Positions 21,304-31,866 of a stretch of 64,000 nucleotides of DNA are shown here, one piece after another. How positions within the stretch are numbered: position 1 is the first letter of the stretch; each line of letters begins with the position of its first letter. Source of the stretch: Cyanidioschyzon merolae (lineage: Eukaryota); NCBI GenBank assembly GCA_000091205.1, contig AP006497.2; one strand, 5' to 3'. Both the position numbers and the translations under genes were made by a program. A model generated the notes under the pieces. That model searched no databases. It worked only from the letters and a program-made list of their open reading frames with translations, and was not told the origin of the DNA.

Positions 21304-23457
21304 TCACGAGCCCAGGAGTCTTCTGATTTCATTGACGACACATCGGGCGAGTGAGCTTGCATCCGCTTCGGTGTGCGCTTCTGCATAAACGCGCACAACA
21401 TCTTCCGTGCCGCTGGGGCGCACGACGATGCGCGCCCCAGCAACTGCTGACTCGTTTGCGGAAACGCTCTCACGAGCACTACGATAACTCGCCACGATGC
21501 GATCTATGCTTCGTTGGAGTTCGGGCGGCTCAACGACACGCTGATCGTAATCCGATGTTACAATCTGGTGACGGTCTGATACCCGCTCAACCAGATAAAC
21601 GCTCGCAAGCGGTGTATAGTAGGCAGTTGCCCAGTCTACCAACGACCAGCGTTTCCACTGTAGTATCGTGGCGATCAGGAGCAGATTCGCGATGCCGTCG
21701 CCAACACCTTGATTGGCGACTCGCGCGCAGCACCGTAAGGGAAGCGGCAATGTCGAAGCATGCGACTTCAACAGCGCATCGCTGAACAGAATCGTGCCGT
21801 GGCCATTGGGTTCAAAGTATAGGCCAATATCAAACCGTCTGGCTTCCTTCTCCAAATGCACGACTCCAGTCCAGGTGCAAATGATCTGTAGCTCAATGAC
21901 GCAGGCGTGATGCGCTCGCTGGGATTCCAGTTCGCGTTGCCGCTTGCGCCAGTACGCCACTGCGGCACCATTGGCGTACACGGTATGGACGAGCGCTACA
22001 CGCCAGGATTTCCGCGCTGCACCCGCTGCGGCCTCAGCGCATGTATTTTGGCTCAAGTACGCATGTTCGGGATGCAGAAACCCCAGCACAAAGTCCAGGA
22101 AGAGTGTTGCCGTCTGATCCCCGTCTAGCAACATGGCTACGCCCTGCGCATCCGCTAGGAAGCACACGAGGCGATCGGCATCGCCATCGAGACTCGCACC
22201 CTGACGTTCGGGTTTGCCAGCTGGGGTCTGTGGCCAACGCTGGGGCAGCCGGTTTCCTTTCTGGACCCAATCTGCTCCGCATTGCACGTTCAATAATTCC
22301 GTTTGGGCTGTCTCCTGGTTACAGCATACAATCTGGATACCGCACTGTGTGCGGAGCGCAGACGCCAGCTCGCACAGGAGCGGCGCACCGACCCCGTTCG
22401 CGCAGTCTACAACCCAGTGATCCATAAGCGCCCGGTGCTCCACGTCTGCCAAATGGAGTGCTTCCGAGAGCGCCCTCGTGGCCTCCACCAAGGTCGATTT
22501 GTAGCGGTTGAGCAGAAACAAGGGCCGTCGCTCGAATGCGTCCCGGAAGTTTGACAAGTCCGATTCGCGCATGTCGACAGGGCTTTCGTTCCACGCTCGG
22601 ACGACTGCGTGCATGGCCGGTGTCGTTGTCATGCCCAGAAGGAGCGCGTCCGCAAACGCCAACGTCTCGCCACCGGAGCATCTCGTCGCGCGCAGATAGT
22701 GTGAAAGCACGACACGTGCGCCTTCCTGCGCATTACTAGCGAGGTGCGGGCTCGAGCTTCTGCTATCATACCCCAAGAGAACGACCGGTATGCAGAGGGC
22801 GTCACGTATGGCCCGGGCCTCCGATATTTTTTCACGATGCACTTGTTCCAGAACGGTGGCGAGCGAGTCGGGCCCCGCTGATGCCCGGACCAGCCGAACA
22901 GCGAGGTGGATCCAAGTTGGGTCCGCCATGCCTCCGTTGGTATCGATAAACTTCACGCCATTCTCGTGCGGTGGGTTATGTGACGCAGTGATCATCAGTC
23001 CTACAGCTACAGTTCTGAACACTGAAGCCGACAAACCCGGAGCTCCCAGATCATCATGGTGTCCGACTTTGTTGGCAGGAAGAGTGCTTCGGGCCTCGGT
23101 TGTCGATGCCCTTTTGGAACCGTCGAGGGCGTGCCTCAGAGCTAGGAAACCTGCTGCGAGCCCGCAACAGAATGCAGCTTTATCGAACGCGTGATCTCGT
23201 GCTGAACCCCGAAGACCTGCCGCGCCGCACTGAAGGTCTTCTGGAACTGTGTCCGACCACGAAGGTAAATAGCGCGCAAGCTGGTGTGCCTCCCAGTCCA
23301 TATATGGCGTTGTCGCCCCACGAGAGCACCAGAGAACACTGCGCTCTGCGGGCACGACGAAGGAGAGTCGCAAATCGTTGAAGTACGGAAGCTTTCTCGC
23401 AGCGCTTGAACAGTCTCTCAAGAAGCTGGTGTCAGACAAAGAAAGGTGCCTGAACAA
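21304..23457 (-). CDS. AGM1: Phosphoacetylglucosamine mutase (AGM1/PGM3 family, UDP-GlcNAc biosynthesis)
   Basis: GAAGLRG (cf. GTAGFR), GLMITASHNPPHENGVKF (active-site Ser loop), LDGDADRLV (metal-binding loop), FEPNGHGT (sugar-binding) and VVRPSGTEDVVRVYAEA (phosphate-binding loop) all match this family. The start is the Met at 23457 or the internal Met at 23301. Confidence 0.85.
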   Translation of the reverse strand: MFRHLSLSDTSFLRDCSSAARKLPYFNDLRLSFVVPAERSVLWCSRGATTPYMDWEAHQLARYLPSWSDTVPEDLQCGAAGLRGSARDHAFDKAAFCCGLAAGFLALRHALDGSKRASTTEARSTLPANKVGHHDDLGAPGLSASVFRTVAVGLMITASHNPPHENGVKFIDTNGGMADPTWIHLAVRLVRASAGPDSLATVLEQVHREKISEARAIRDALCIPVVLLGYDSRSSSPHLASNAQEGARVVLSHYLRATRCSGGETLAFADALLLGMTTTPAMHAVVRAWNESPVDMRESDLSNFRDAFERRPLFLLNRYKSTLVEATRALSEALHLADVEHRALMDHWVVDCANGVGAPLLCELASALRTQCGIQIVCCNQETAQTELLNVQCGADWVQKGNRLPQRWPQTPAGKPERQGASLDGDADRLVCFLADAQGVAMLLDGDQTATLFLDFVLGFLHPEHAYLSQNTCAEAAAGAARKSWRVALVHTVYANGAAVAYWRKRQRELESQRAHHACVIELQIICTWTGVVHLEKEARRFDIGLYFEPNGHGTILFSDALLKSHASTLPLPLRCCARVANQGVGDGIANLLLIATILQWKRWSLVDWATAYYTPLASVYLVERVSDRHQIVTSDYDQRVVEPPELQRSIDRIVASYRSARESVSANESAVAGARIVVRPSGTEDVVRVYAEAHTEADASSLARCVVNEIRRLLGS

Positions 23458-25099
23458 CTCACTCTGCTACTGCGTTTCGATTTCGTTCGAGGATTTCTCT
23501 AGGTTGACAGCCTCATTCATGGAAAAGCCGGACTCAAGGTTCATGGTTTCATACGCCGGTGAAAGGATGCTGGGTCGCCCATGTATTGGCCTGACTCCAT
23601 CCCTTCTCTGTCGCTGGATCTCGTTACGTCATTCGAATCAAGACGATTCGCCACATACCCGTAATATTATTCGCAAAATAACCGCATTCCTTCTCACATT
23701 CACACGTACGAGCCTCCGGTCTTCTCACTTCCTCACGTGAAACATGGCTCAAAGCGGGCAAGCGTCAAGTTTTCGATGTTTCTATTTTAAACGAATCATG
23801 GGCAGTGCAGCTCGCTTCGCTCGATTGACAAGGAACGAAACTCCACGCGATCCCGTGACGGCCAGTTGAAATGCTCTTGCCGAAATCTCACTGGACTTGA
23901 CACGTCAATTCCGGTGGAAAGACTAATTGTCGGTTCTTTATAAATATAGATGACGTGAATTTCGACACGAGCCTGATACTCGCCCCAAGATGTACACCGA
24001 GAGGCTCGCGTCTCTTGTGTTTGCCTGATAGAGAGTCTTGGGTTCGGGCTTGAGGCACTGCAGCGATCGCTTCTATTCGAGATTGCGCCAGAAGGTTGCA
24101 CGAAGGACAAGCAGACAGATCCAAATTTTTCAACTTGGTCTCCAGCCCGAAGATTCGTTCCTACGCTTGGTTCACATGGAAGGCATCGGGTTCCACTAAT
24201 TCTCAACCGCACGGGATCGCATGCGCTTGCCTCTGCAGTGCATAGGTTATGCGCCCGAGGTGATCGTCCCGATCAAGCGCACGGTCGTAGAGTACGCCAT
24301 CGGACGCGGAAACGGGGCAGGGCATTGAGAGTGGCCTGCTTGGCCCGTCAAGAGCATGGACCAAGCGCTGAGGCAAGCGTGCGTTTGTCACAGGGCGGCG
24401 TTCGGAACCAGCGCATGTGCAGTGGCCATACGGGAACACCGGATCACAACCAAGTGTCGCCGCTGCACAGCGCACACCGAGGCTGCAAACAAACAAGATG
24501 AACATGCCAAGTGAAACTCCGATCGCAGCCGCCGCCTGTGCATCAAATGCTCCTAAATCGCCCGAAGCAGTGACATCGGACATCGAACGCTACCATCAAC
24601 ATCATTCAACTGCTGTCAACAAAGCTGCACGGACAAGAGAGATCCGCGCGCGCAACACCAGTGCTTCGAGCGCGGAAACGGAAGCAATCACAGAAACCCC
24701 CCGCAAACACCAATCTAGACGACACATGAAACTCACCCAAAGGTTAACGCATCCGATCGATCCAGAACATGCACTCCGCTTTATGTCGACTCGGACCACA
24801 TCGTGATTCGGTGCATCACCAGCTGCTTCGGCGAGCTGTTCGTGAGCTGCATGCGTTGCCGGCAGGCTGCAGGCGACGCAGCGGTCGCGTGCATGAGCGT
24901 GGCGCAGCGGGCGTCGCGGACACGCACCGTAAACACGCATACGCATGCATGCACGCACGCAGACGCACTGAGATGCGATCGCGCGCGGGCGCATGTCGCG
25001 GCACCATCGACGCTGCTGCCGCCGTAGAAGGCGCCTGGCGATGCATCGCGAACGGATGGCGACGCAGCGCGCGCCGTGGACACGTGGCGCGCATGATGC

Positions 25100-26899
25100 G
25101 TGCATTTTCCCTTGAACACGCAGGTATCGCCGGAAGTACACAGAGGGCACGCTGCCCCAGTACATATGCAGAGGCTTGCTCCTCATATGTCGGGAGCGGA
25201 TAGCTGCCGCAACTTTGATGGGCTTGAACCCTTCCGTGACCAGCGGGAACCACGGCCGTCTGGCAGCGGCGCGAGGAGCGGCGACGCAGTGCACGCTGCG
25301 GCTGGTCCGGTCAACGACTGGGGCGGCGGCGGCGGCGGCAGCGGCAACGCCGTGCGGGATCCTGCAGACACCAGAAACCTAAGGGATGCTGGGCAACACT
25401 TTCCACAAAAGAAAAGGCGCTTGAGTGAGGGCGAGTCAGAAGCGTTGATGCGTTTTCGAGAGCTTCGCTGTGAGCGACTTGACCTGAGCGAGTTGCCCCC
25501 GTTGATGCCGGCGAACGATATGCTATCCCCGGCAGCCGCACTCACACCGTCAGGTGCTATATCGGCCACGATTTCTGAAACAGAACTGCGACTGGTGCAG
25601 ACAATCGCAGAGTTTGGACAAAATACGAATACCCCGCGAATTCTAGCGGCGATCCAGGAACATCATCAAAAGGACCTACTGGGCATGCCCGCTGGGACTA
25701 CGCTCGGGCCCAGCAACATGCCCAGTACGCTCAAGCCATCGGATTCATTGCTCTCTAATGCAGCGCCAGCGGGACTTTCTGGGACACTGGACGCGATGTC
25801 GTCGCCAGCGCTCTCTCGGGACAGCGTTCCGAACGTTCCAGACTCGGGATCGATAACGCCGCCCATGGACAGTAACGTTGAGCCGCTCATGCCCGGTTCA
25901 ACGCTGGAATGGTGTCGCCAATACGCCCGTCAGATAAGCTGCCAATATGTTGACGAGCTGCGACGAAGGATGCGGGGCTCCTGTCGACAGTGCGCGGCGC
26001 CCTACGGCTCGTGCAGTCACCGGCCAGTCGACCGCGACGCTGCGCTGGGCGAATGGAGTGCGCTGTCGCCGTCACGCCGTCGAATTGCGAAGAACAGGGA
26101 AACGGCAGCTGTCTCACGCTTCCGCAAAAAGGTGTACATGGAGAGCCTCGAGCGAGCGATTATGAACCTGGAACGAAAATATATGGAAACGAGAAATGAA
26201 CTTGCACAACTTCGCAAACTCTTTGACATGAGCGTCACACCCGTGACACCGATGCATGGACGCGCGGCGCCAGCGACGCAGCCTGAGCGCAGGGCTGAGG
26301 CGGACAGTGCCGCGCGCCCGCCCTTGGCAACAGCTGCGAGTGACGCGACAGGCGCCCTGCAACTCATGGGTGCCGTCACCGCATCCGACGCCCTAGGCAT
26401 GCTCGATGCCGACCGCAGCCCGCCAAATGTGCAGCAGAGAGCACCTGGGCCGGTCGCACTGGCTGCTGAGCCCGCGGAACCGTCACCGCGACTGCTGGAG
26501 GGTTTCCTGCGTCCGCTCCTGGCCAGTGTGGGCATCGAAGGCGAGAACGCCGCAAACGCAATCTCCGGGGCGATGACGACGGCACTCCAGGATGCACAAT
26601 CGCGCTACGCCCTGCTGCATGCGCTGCGTATGTGCGCAGGCACCGTCGCCGGCACCCATGAATCCGAAGAAAACGTGGATGCAGCCACGGACTTGACTGG
26701 GCTGGCGACCAGCCCGTGTCTTCGTCCGTCAGCAGCACGCGCTCGAGCGAATTCCTGTTCCAAGTCGCCGGTCGAGGATCTGGCTGGCGACGCTTCGCCG
26801 CTCGCCCTGGGTCGCATGCACTCGTCTCCGATGGTGTCGGCACGGGCGTCGCGCGCCTCCGGCTCCAGACCTCCGGATTCGGCATCCTCAGGGGCCTAG
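25100..26899 (+). CDS. bZIP transcription factor with long low-complexity flanks
   Basis: Basic region plus leucine zipper: RRRIAKNRETAAVSRFRKKVYMESLERAIMNLERKYMETRNELAQLRKL (N-x7-R and R-x-RKK pattern). The rest is S/P/A-rich and includes a GGC-encoded Gly run. The N-terminal boundary is uncertain. Confidence 0.55.
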   Translation: MHFPLNTQVSPEVHRGHAAPVHMQRLAPHMSGADSCRNFDGLEPFRDQREPRPSGSGARSGDAVHAAAGPVNDWGGGGGGSGNAVRDPADTRNLRDAGQHFPQKKRRLSEGESEALMRFRELRCERLDLSELPPLMPANDMLSPAAALTPSGAISATISETELRLVQTIAEFGQNTNTPRILAAIQEHHQKDLLGMPAGTTLGPSNMPSTLKPSDSLLSNAAPAGLSGTLDAMSSPALSRDSVPNVPDSGSITPPMDSNVEPLMPGSTLEWCRQYARQISCQYVDELRRRMRGSCRQCAAPYGSCSHRPVDRDAALGEWSALSPSRRRIAKNRETAAVSRFRKKVYMESLERAIMNLERKYMETRNELAQLRKLFDMSVTPVTPMHGRAAPATQPERRAEADSAARPPLATAASDATGALQLMGAVTASDALGMLDADRSPPNVQQRAPGPVALAAEPAEPSPRLLEGFLRPLLASVGIEGENAANAISGAMTTALQDAQSRYALLHALRMCAGTVAGTHESEENVDAATDLTGLATSPCLRPSAARARANSCSKSPVEDLAGDASPLALGRMHSSPMVSARASRASGSRPPDSASSGA

Positions 26900-27116
26900 A
26901 CGTTTGCTTGCAGGCCACCACGGGAGCCGCTCTCCTTGTGCATGTGCATCCATTGAGCGTTGCGGTTGTGGTTGCTGGTGTCCTCATCTGTGAGAATGAG
27001 GAGCAATGGTGATGGCGCGCTAGCAAGCCTGAAACCAATCTGCCTTTTGCCTGGCATGTTTGGCTCGCGCACGCGTACGCAGGCATCGCTTCCGTCTGTG
27101 TGCGTCTCGCGTGGCT

Positions 27117-27456
27117 CGCAGCAGCAGCAGCAGCAGCAGTAGAACACAGGCGCGAACGGCGCGAGCAGTGCCCGTCGCGGTCGGATCTCGACTCCATGCA
27201 GTCGCAGTGCGTGGTCGGGCACCAATTCCACCGGCTGCCTGGCCTTGATCGGGCGTCAGGTATGTGGTTACGGGCGAGTGCATTACGAGATTCCGCCTTG
27301 GTGCATTTTTTAGGACAGTAAGAAACCCGCTGCGAGCGATTCATTGGATACCAAAAGCAGGTCAGGAAATGCAGCTTCATGAGATACGACAGCGTCCGCC
27401 GGGTGCTGTGAAGGATTCACTCCGAACCGGAAGCGATTTCCGGAATCAGTGCACTG

Positions 27457-27495
<39 letters not shown>

Positions 27496-27595
27496 GCGGT
27501 GCGTTGATCATTTCATTGGATGCTGAAAGCGATGCAGGGAATCCGTGCAGTTAGACACAGCAGTGTCTGTGTCTGTCTGTGTGTGTGTGTGTGTC
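27117..27595. repeat. Microsatellite cluster: (CAG)6 at about 27117-27138, (CAG)15 at about 27447-27493, (GT)n at about 27565-27595
   Basis: Direct reading: cagcagcagcagcagcag, a longer CAG run, and gtctgtgtctgtctgtgtgtgtgtgtgtgtc. They lie in the convergent region between the bZIP and V-ATPase d genes. Confidence 0.9.
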
Positions 27596-27834
27596 GAGCC
27601 TCCCTGCTGCGATCACAAACGCAACATCGAGCCGATCGCAAATCCTGGGAACCACAACAACCTGGGCGCTCCTTTCGACTGCGTTTTACTCAACTGCCGG
27701 GAGCGATATGATAGCTAGCTTGTCTATCGTACCAGCAAAGGCCTGTGCACCGACTTTTGCGAATGCCTCTGCGTATCGAGACTATTTGCCCTGTAGGCAT
27801 GCACAGGATGCCAGATACAGGTGCGTCTGTCGCT

Positions 27835-28884
27835 TCAGAGAATCGGGACCACGCGACTGGCATGTGCAAATTGCTTCTGCGTAATGCATTCAGCGATCCA
27901 GGTAAGGTTCCGGATTTCCTGTTCCAGCATCCGGAAGTAAGCATAGAAGACCCCGTAGTGGAACTGGGCATCGAAAGACTCGCGCAGAAGCTTCATCTCG
28001 AATTCTAAAAACTGATCCTCCAAGCTATATTCTCCCCGTTCAGCCGCTCGCTGGAAGAGCGCTCGGTATGTACTGCTGAGGTCCAGAGCCATGGCAACCG
28101 CTTGCAAGTCGTCCGCCCTCCCTAGTCGTTGGATGATCTCGTCGTCGAGTCCACCGGGCACCCGCGGAAAGAGCATCATTCGTTCATCCTTCCGTAATGA
28201 TGTTTCCAGTGAATTCAAAGTGATGTTGATGACTCGACGATCAGCCTCGAAAGCGATGAGCGTTGCCATGATTGACCCCGTCATGCCACCGATTCGCTCC
28301 ACACAGAGCTGATAGAAATCAGTAAGGTAAGCCTTGTACAGTAGGTTGCGGATGATTTCCACATTCATCTCCGTCAGGTCATGGACATTGACGCATTCCG
28401 CAAAATAGGGCGCCAACGGCGTATCGACCAGAATCTCTCTATAGAGTTCCTCTGGCGAGTGGATTGCTGTTAACGTTGCAATACCCTCGAATAGGCCCAG
28501 TGGGTGACACTTGTCCAGCAGCTCGCTGAGGTCGCGATTCCGGAGCACACCCATGAGCAGCAGAACTAAATTGTCGATCATGTACGGATACGTCACATAG
28601 TCCAGAAAGGTGGAGAGCGGTGCGTAGGATTGCCCGCGAATGCTCCGAAAGTCGTAAACGAGGCGGTTCATGAGGCAGTCGTACAGGGCCTGGGTCTGCA
28701 GGGGGGCTGGTTCATTCTGCAGCCATAAACCGTAATCCGAACTGTTCAGAATCGTGCGCATATCTTCTGGAGACTCGCACTGAGCCAAATTCGTGTAGTC
28801 TTGGCGACGGAGTAATGAAGCCTTGAGTCCTCTCACGACAGCCTCGAGGTAGCCGTTGTCGGCGTTAAACGTAAGCATATCCAT
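27835..28884 (-). CDS. VMA6: V-type H+-ATPase V0 subunit d
   Basis: The 349-aa ORF matches subunit d end to end in length. The canonical N-terminus is MDMLTFNADNGYLEAVVRGLKASLL (cf. MLFFNVDNGYLEGLVRGFK). Downstream come YDCLMNRLVYDF, FLDYVTYPYMIDNLVLL and a conserved C-terminal half. Complete and intronless. Confidence 0.9.
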   Translation of the reverse strand: MDMLTFNADNGYLEAVVRGLKASLLRRQDYTNLAQCESPEDMRTILNSSDYGLWLQNEPAPLQTQALYDCLMNRLVYDFRSIRGQSYAPLSTFLDYVTYPYMIDNLVLLLMGVLRNRDLSELLDKCHPLGLFEGIATLTAIHSPEELYREILVDTPLAPYFAECVNVHDLTEMNVEIIRNLLYKAYLTDFYQLCVERIGGMTGSIMATLIAFEADRRVINITLNSLETSLRKDERMMLFPRVPGGLDDEIIQRLGRADDLQAVAMALDLSSTYRALFQRAAERGEYSLEDQFLEFEMKLLRESFDAQFHYGVFYAYFRMLEQEIRNLTWIAECITQKQFAHASRVVPIL

Positions 28885-30373
28885 GGTGAACGCGCGAATC
28901 AGCCGTGCTGAACGGAGTCAGCACTTGCGGCTCGCTAGCAAACGCGCAACTGCTGAGTCAGCGATCACGAAATAAACACCAAGCACACGTCCGGACGTCA
29001 ATACCAGAAAAACTCGCTAGACTCGCTGAAGCGTCCCTGGAGAGCCACACCAGAAGAGTCGGCGATGGACGCGACACGGACTCAACTGTGCAAAGTCTTG
29101 CACACGTCGGTGCAAGCCGGTGCAAACCTGCGTCAAGCGTTCCTCAGCTTTTGATACGGCTCCGGCAGATCGTTTCAGATGTTGCTCGTGGTCAGCGAGC
29201 GGCGACGATGTCTGGCGCTCGAAACAGCGTCCACCGCAGTCGCGACTTGGGTTTAAGTTTGTTAACGCTGCTACGGTTGCTGCGGTGTGTGTCCACAGAA
29301 ACAATACGAGGGATCGTTGCGTATAGACCTCGGTTCTGCAGCGATGAGCAGGAAACCTCCAATCCAGACGCCGGTGCCGAATAAGGTTCTGACCTCGAAA
29401 TCGGGTACCCCGGGTGCCTCCTATGCCAGTTTCGAACGTTTGGACGATGTCGGCGCTCACCGCCTGCTAGCCAAAAACGTTTCAGCAGTCAAGCGTGGAC
29501 ACTTTTTAATCTGGTTCACAGAAGCGCTTACCACTATTTACAAGCACTCCGAGTCTTGAGCAGCCGAGCTCTTTTGAACGCTACGCTTTCGCCTGGCCAC
29601 CGCTCAGGCACCCCGATTGTCAGAGACGCTTTCAGCGTTCTGCAACACGAGCGAGCCCCTGGTGCTGTGCGCCCCAAATCCTCAGCGGTACCATACTGGA
29701 CTGGACTGGAATGGAAAGGAATAGAATGGACAGGCTGAGCACCGTTTCCGCTTGCCGAGGCGCTTTTCGCAGGTATCTTCCGAAATGCATTATCCTGTGT
29801 CGATACCATTTCTAGTCTTTGGGGCATCATATCTAGCAGCTTGCTTCGGAAACGCCTCGCCGAACACTGGTGACGACTCTGGTCGACGGGCATTCGTATC
29901 TAGCATCTATCTTCCGGGAAGCGTCACCAAAGGCAGGTAGCATTTCTAGTCTAAGGTCCATCGTTGCTAGCAGCTCCATTCTGAAAGAGACATGGAACCC
30001 TGGTAAAAGTACTAGACTGCTGGGAATCTGTTCTAGCATCTGTCTTCTAAGAAGCGCCACTGAACGATGGCAGCCTTCCTAGTCAACGGGACTTGGTTCG
30101 GAGCACCGGCACAGCGTCGATGTGCAGACTCGCCACTATCTCAATGTTGGTGCGTTCTCGGCACGACGCGGACGGCTCGTGACGAGCTTCGGCAGTGAAG
30201 CTAGGTTTTGGTGACTGCTTCCCACGAACTTACTCTCCTAGGAATATTAACAGGGATTGAGATAAGAACGCTAGAGCTTATAACGCAGCGGTCTAATCTG
30301 AGCAGTTACGACGAGCACTCGTTCGTGTTCTTCGTGTTTAACGTGAGCACAGCTTGCGTTTTACACCCCTGCT
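28885..30373. promoter_or_regulatory. Divergent intergenic region (V-ATPase d / deaminase) containing degenerate tandem repeats
   Basis: Flanked by start codons at 28884 (minus) and 30374 (plus). It contains the ctggactggactggaatggaaaggaatagaatgg tract and the ~100-bp repeated units listed separately. Confidence 0.35.
29690..30080. repeat. Degenerate tandem repeats (units of about 50-110 bp sharing a tctagcatct(a/g)tcttc...gaagcg(t/c)cac core), plus a short GGACT/GGAAT-type tract
   Basis: catttctagtctttggggcatcatatctagcagcttgcttcggaaacgcctcgccgaacactggtgacg is related to catttctagtctaaggtccatcgttgctagcagctccattctgaaagagacatgg. cgtatctagcatctatcttccgggaagcgtcaccaaaggcag is related to ctgttctagcatctgtcttctaagaagcgccactgaacgatggcag. 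Confidence 0.45.
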
Positions 30374-30970
30374 TTGTGTATGAGCAGCAGTACGAATAGC
30401 CATTCCGGAGATGAGAAAGCTTGCACTATTGCTCCAGGTCAAGTTTTGGAAGCTTCACAGGCAACCACGGAGCAGCTGCTACGCCACGCCGTAGAACTCG
30501 CGCGTCAAGGCGTTCGCAAGCGCGCTGGCGGTCCTTTCGGTGCAGTTATAGTCCGTAAACTGCCCGCGTCTGAGCATAGTGGTAAGCAGTTCGTTGAAAT
30601 ACTCGCTTCTGGTCATAACTGCGTTTTGAAAACGCAAGATCCTACGGCGCACGCGGAGATGGTTGTGCTTCGAGAAGCTGCACAGCGACTGAAGCGTCGG
30701 AACCTCTCGGACTGCGAGCTTTATACATCTTGCTTTCCGTGCGCGATGTGCTACGGGGCCATATGGTGGGCCAAAATACCCCGTTTCTGGTATGCTTCGA
30801 GGAGTGAGGATGCCGCCGGAGCGGGTTTTGATGACGCTCGCATCTATGAATGCTTGAGAGGAACGGGTCACGCAGACTTGCGAGGTGAGCATGTAACGAT
30901 TGCGGAACACCACGAGCCCTTCGAAGAATACCTGGACGCTCTCAAACATGGTCTATCAGAACTCTATTAA
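30374..30970 (+). CDS. CMP/dCMP-type zinc deaminase (nucleoside/guanine deaminase-like or tRNA adenosine deaminase-like)
   Basis: Zinc-binding signature: HAEMVVLREAA (H-A-E) and SCFPCAMCYGAIWWAKIP (P-C-x-x-C). The ORF is 198 aa. Confidence 0.8.
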   Translation: MCMSSSTNSHSGDEKACTIAPGQVLEASQATTEQLLRHAVELARQGVRKRAGGPFGAVIVRKLPASEHSGKQFVEILASGHNCVLKTQDPTAHAEMVVLREAAQRLKRRNLSDCELYTSCFPCAMCYGAIWWAKIPRFWYASRSEDAAGAGFDDARIYECLRGTGHADLRGEHVTIAEHHEPFEEYLDALKHGLSELY

Positions 30971-31866
30971 AAATGGAATCGGATCAAAATGTGCTGGCGG
31001 ACGCTGTGATGATGCGCTAGATCGATGCTCGCGCTAGAACACGGTTTATCAGAAGTTTTGGCAGAAAGGGAATAGGATCAAGATGCAGCGGGGATTCTGT
31101 GATGATGCTCCCGCCTCTCGGTCTCCATTATCGACGCTGCATGATTGTTTGGGTATGCGACTCGTTATTGAGCGCATATGTGCGCTCAAAGCTAGCTATC
31201 AGGCGGATCACGGAACACGAGTGTCATCGGGTCGTTCGCCTCCTCAAAAAGAGGTTTGGAGGCAGTCGCCTGAGGACTTCATGGGGTGCACGCTCCGGAG
31301 CGTGCACGGAGCCGAGCGTGCCGCTCCAGGACACCGGTTGTGGACACTGGCTGAGCAGCTCTACGATTCGCGCAGTCGCATCCACCGAGTTGCAGGAAGA
31401 TTCATTGATCGTACACCATACAAAACGACGTTCGAGCTCCTTTTTGCGTCATACGGGGTGCACGAACCACCGGATTTCTGTGGTATCGCTAACGCGCTGA
31501 CGTTTGCTTACCGCACAAGTGAGATCGAGCACGAGACGCACGCCTCGACGAGAAACTGCCTCGCTTTTCGTGCTCGTGAAGACCAGGGTAGCCAAGCTCC
31601 CGCAGATCGCGATGGACGGTGCTCTCTGTGCTTTCGCAGCCACAGGAATAAAATTAGATCATACGCTCTCACCATCGCTACCTTTGGCAGAATTCATTCT
31701 TTACGTCTGAGGCGCCAACAAACGGGTTTCAGCTGCCTTCGCTACGCGTCGCTATTGAGCAGGGTTCGTCCGCGTTGGTACGTCGCCGTTTTCGCGCACA
31801 GGCGGCAACGACATTGCCGCCTCGCAGACAAGACCCGAGGCTTCGGGTGACCGATGACAGGATACG

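Noticed and set aside
23700-24200. Lower-GC segment upstream of the mutase gene, with a TATAAATATA box and a GCTCGCTTCG motif, considered as an snRNA (U6-like) locus
   Set aside because: The sequence does not match U6 (no ACAGAGA, no GCTTCGGCAGCACATATAC), nor U1, U2 or U5 consensus elements on inspection. More likely ordinary promoter or UTR sequence.
24602-25294. Cluster of overlapping 110-230-aa ORFs on both strands around 24600-25300
   Set aside because: Mutually overlapping in several frames, R/A/C-rich, GC-rich region upstream of the bZIP domain. No motifs. Artefacts of composition.
26376-27380. 334-aa minus-strand ORF overlapping the 3' part of the bZIP gene
   Set aside because: Extremely R/C/A/P-rich (CSRRSRLCSTAAAAAAASHARR...), reads through (CAG)n-derived runs, no motifs. 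Spurious.
31083-31850. 255-aa plus-strand ORF between the deaminase and glucokinase genes
   Set aside because: No recognisable motif. Sits in the convergent 3' region. Composition partly balanced, so not excluded, but I cannot support it as a gene.
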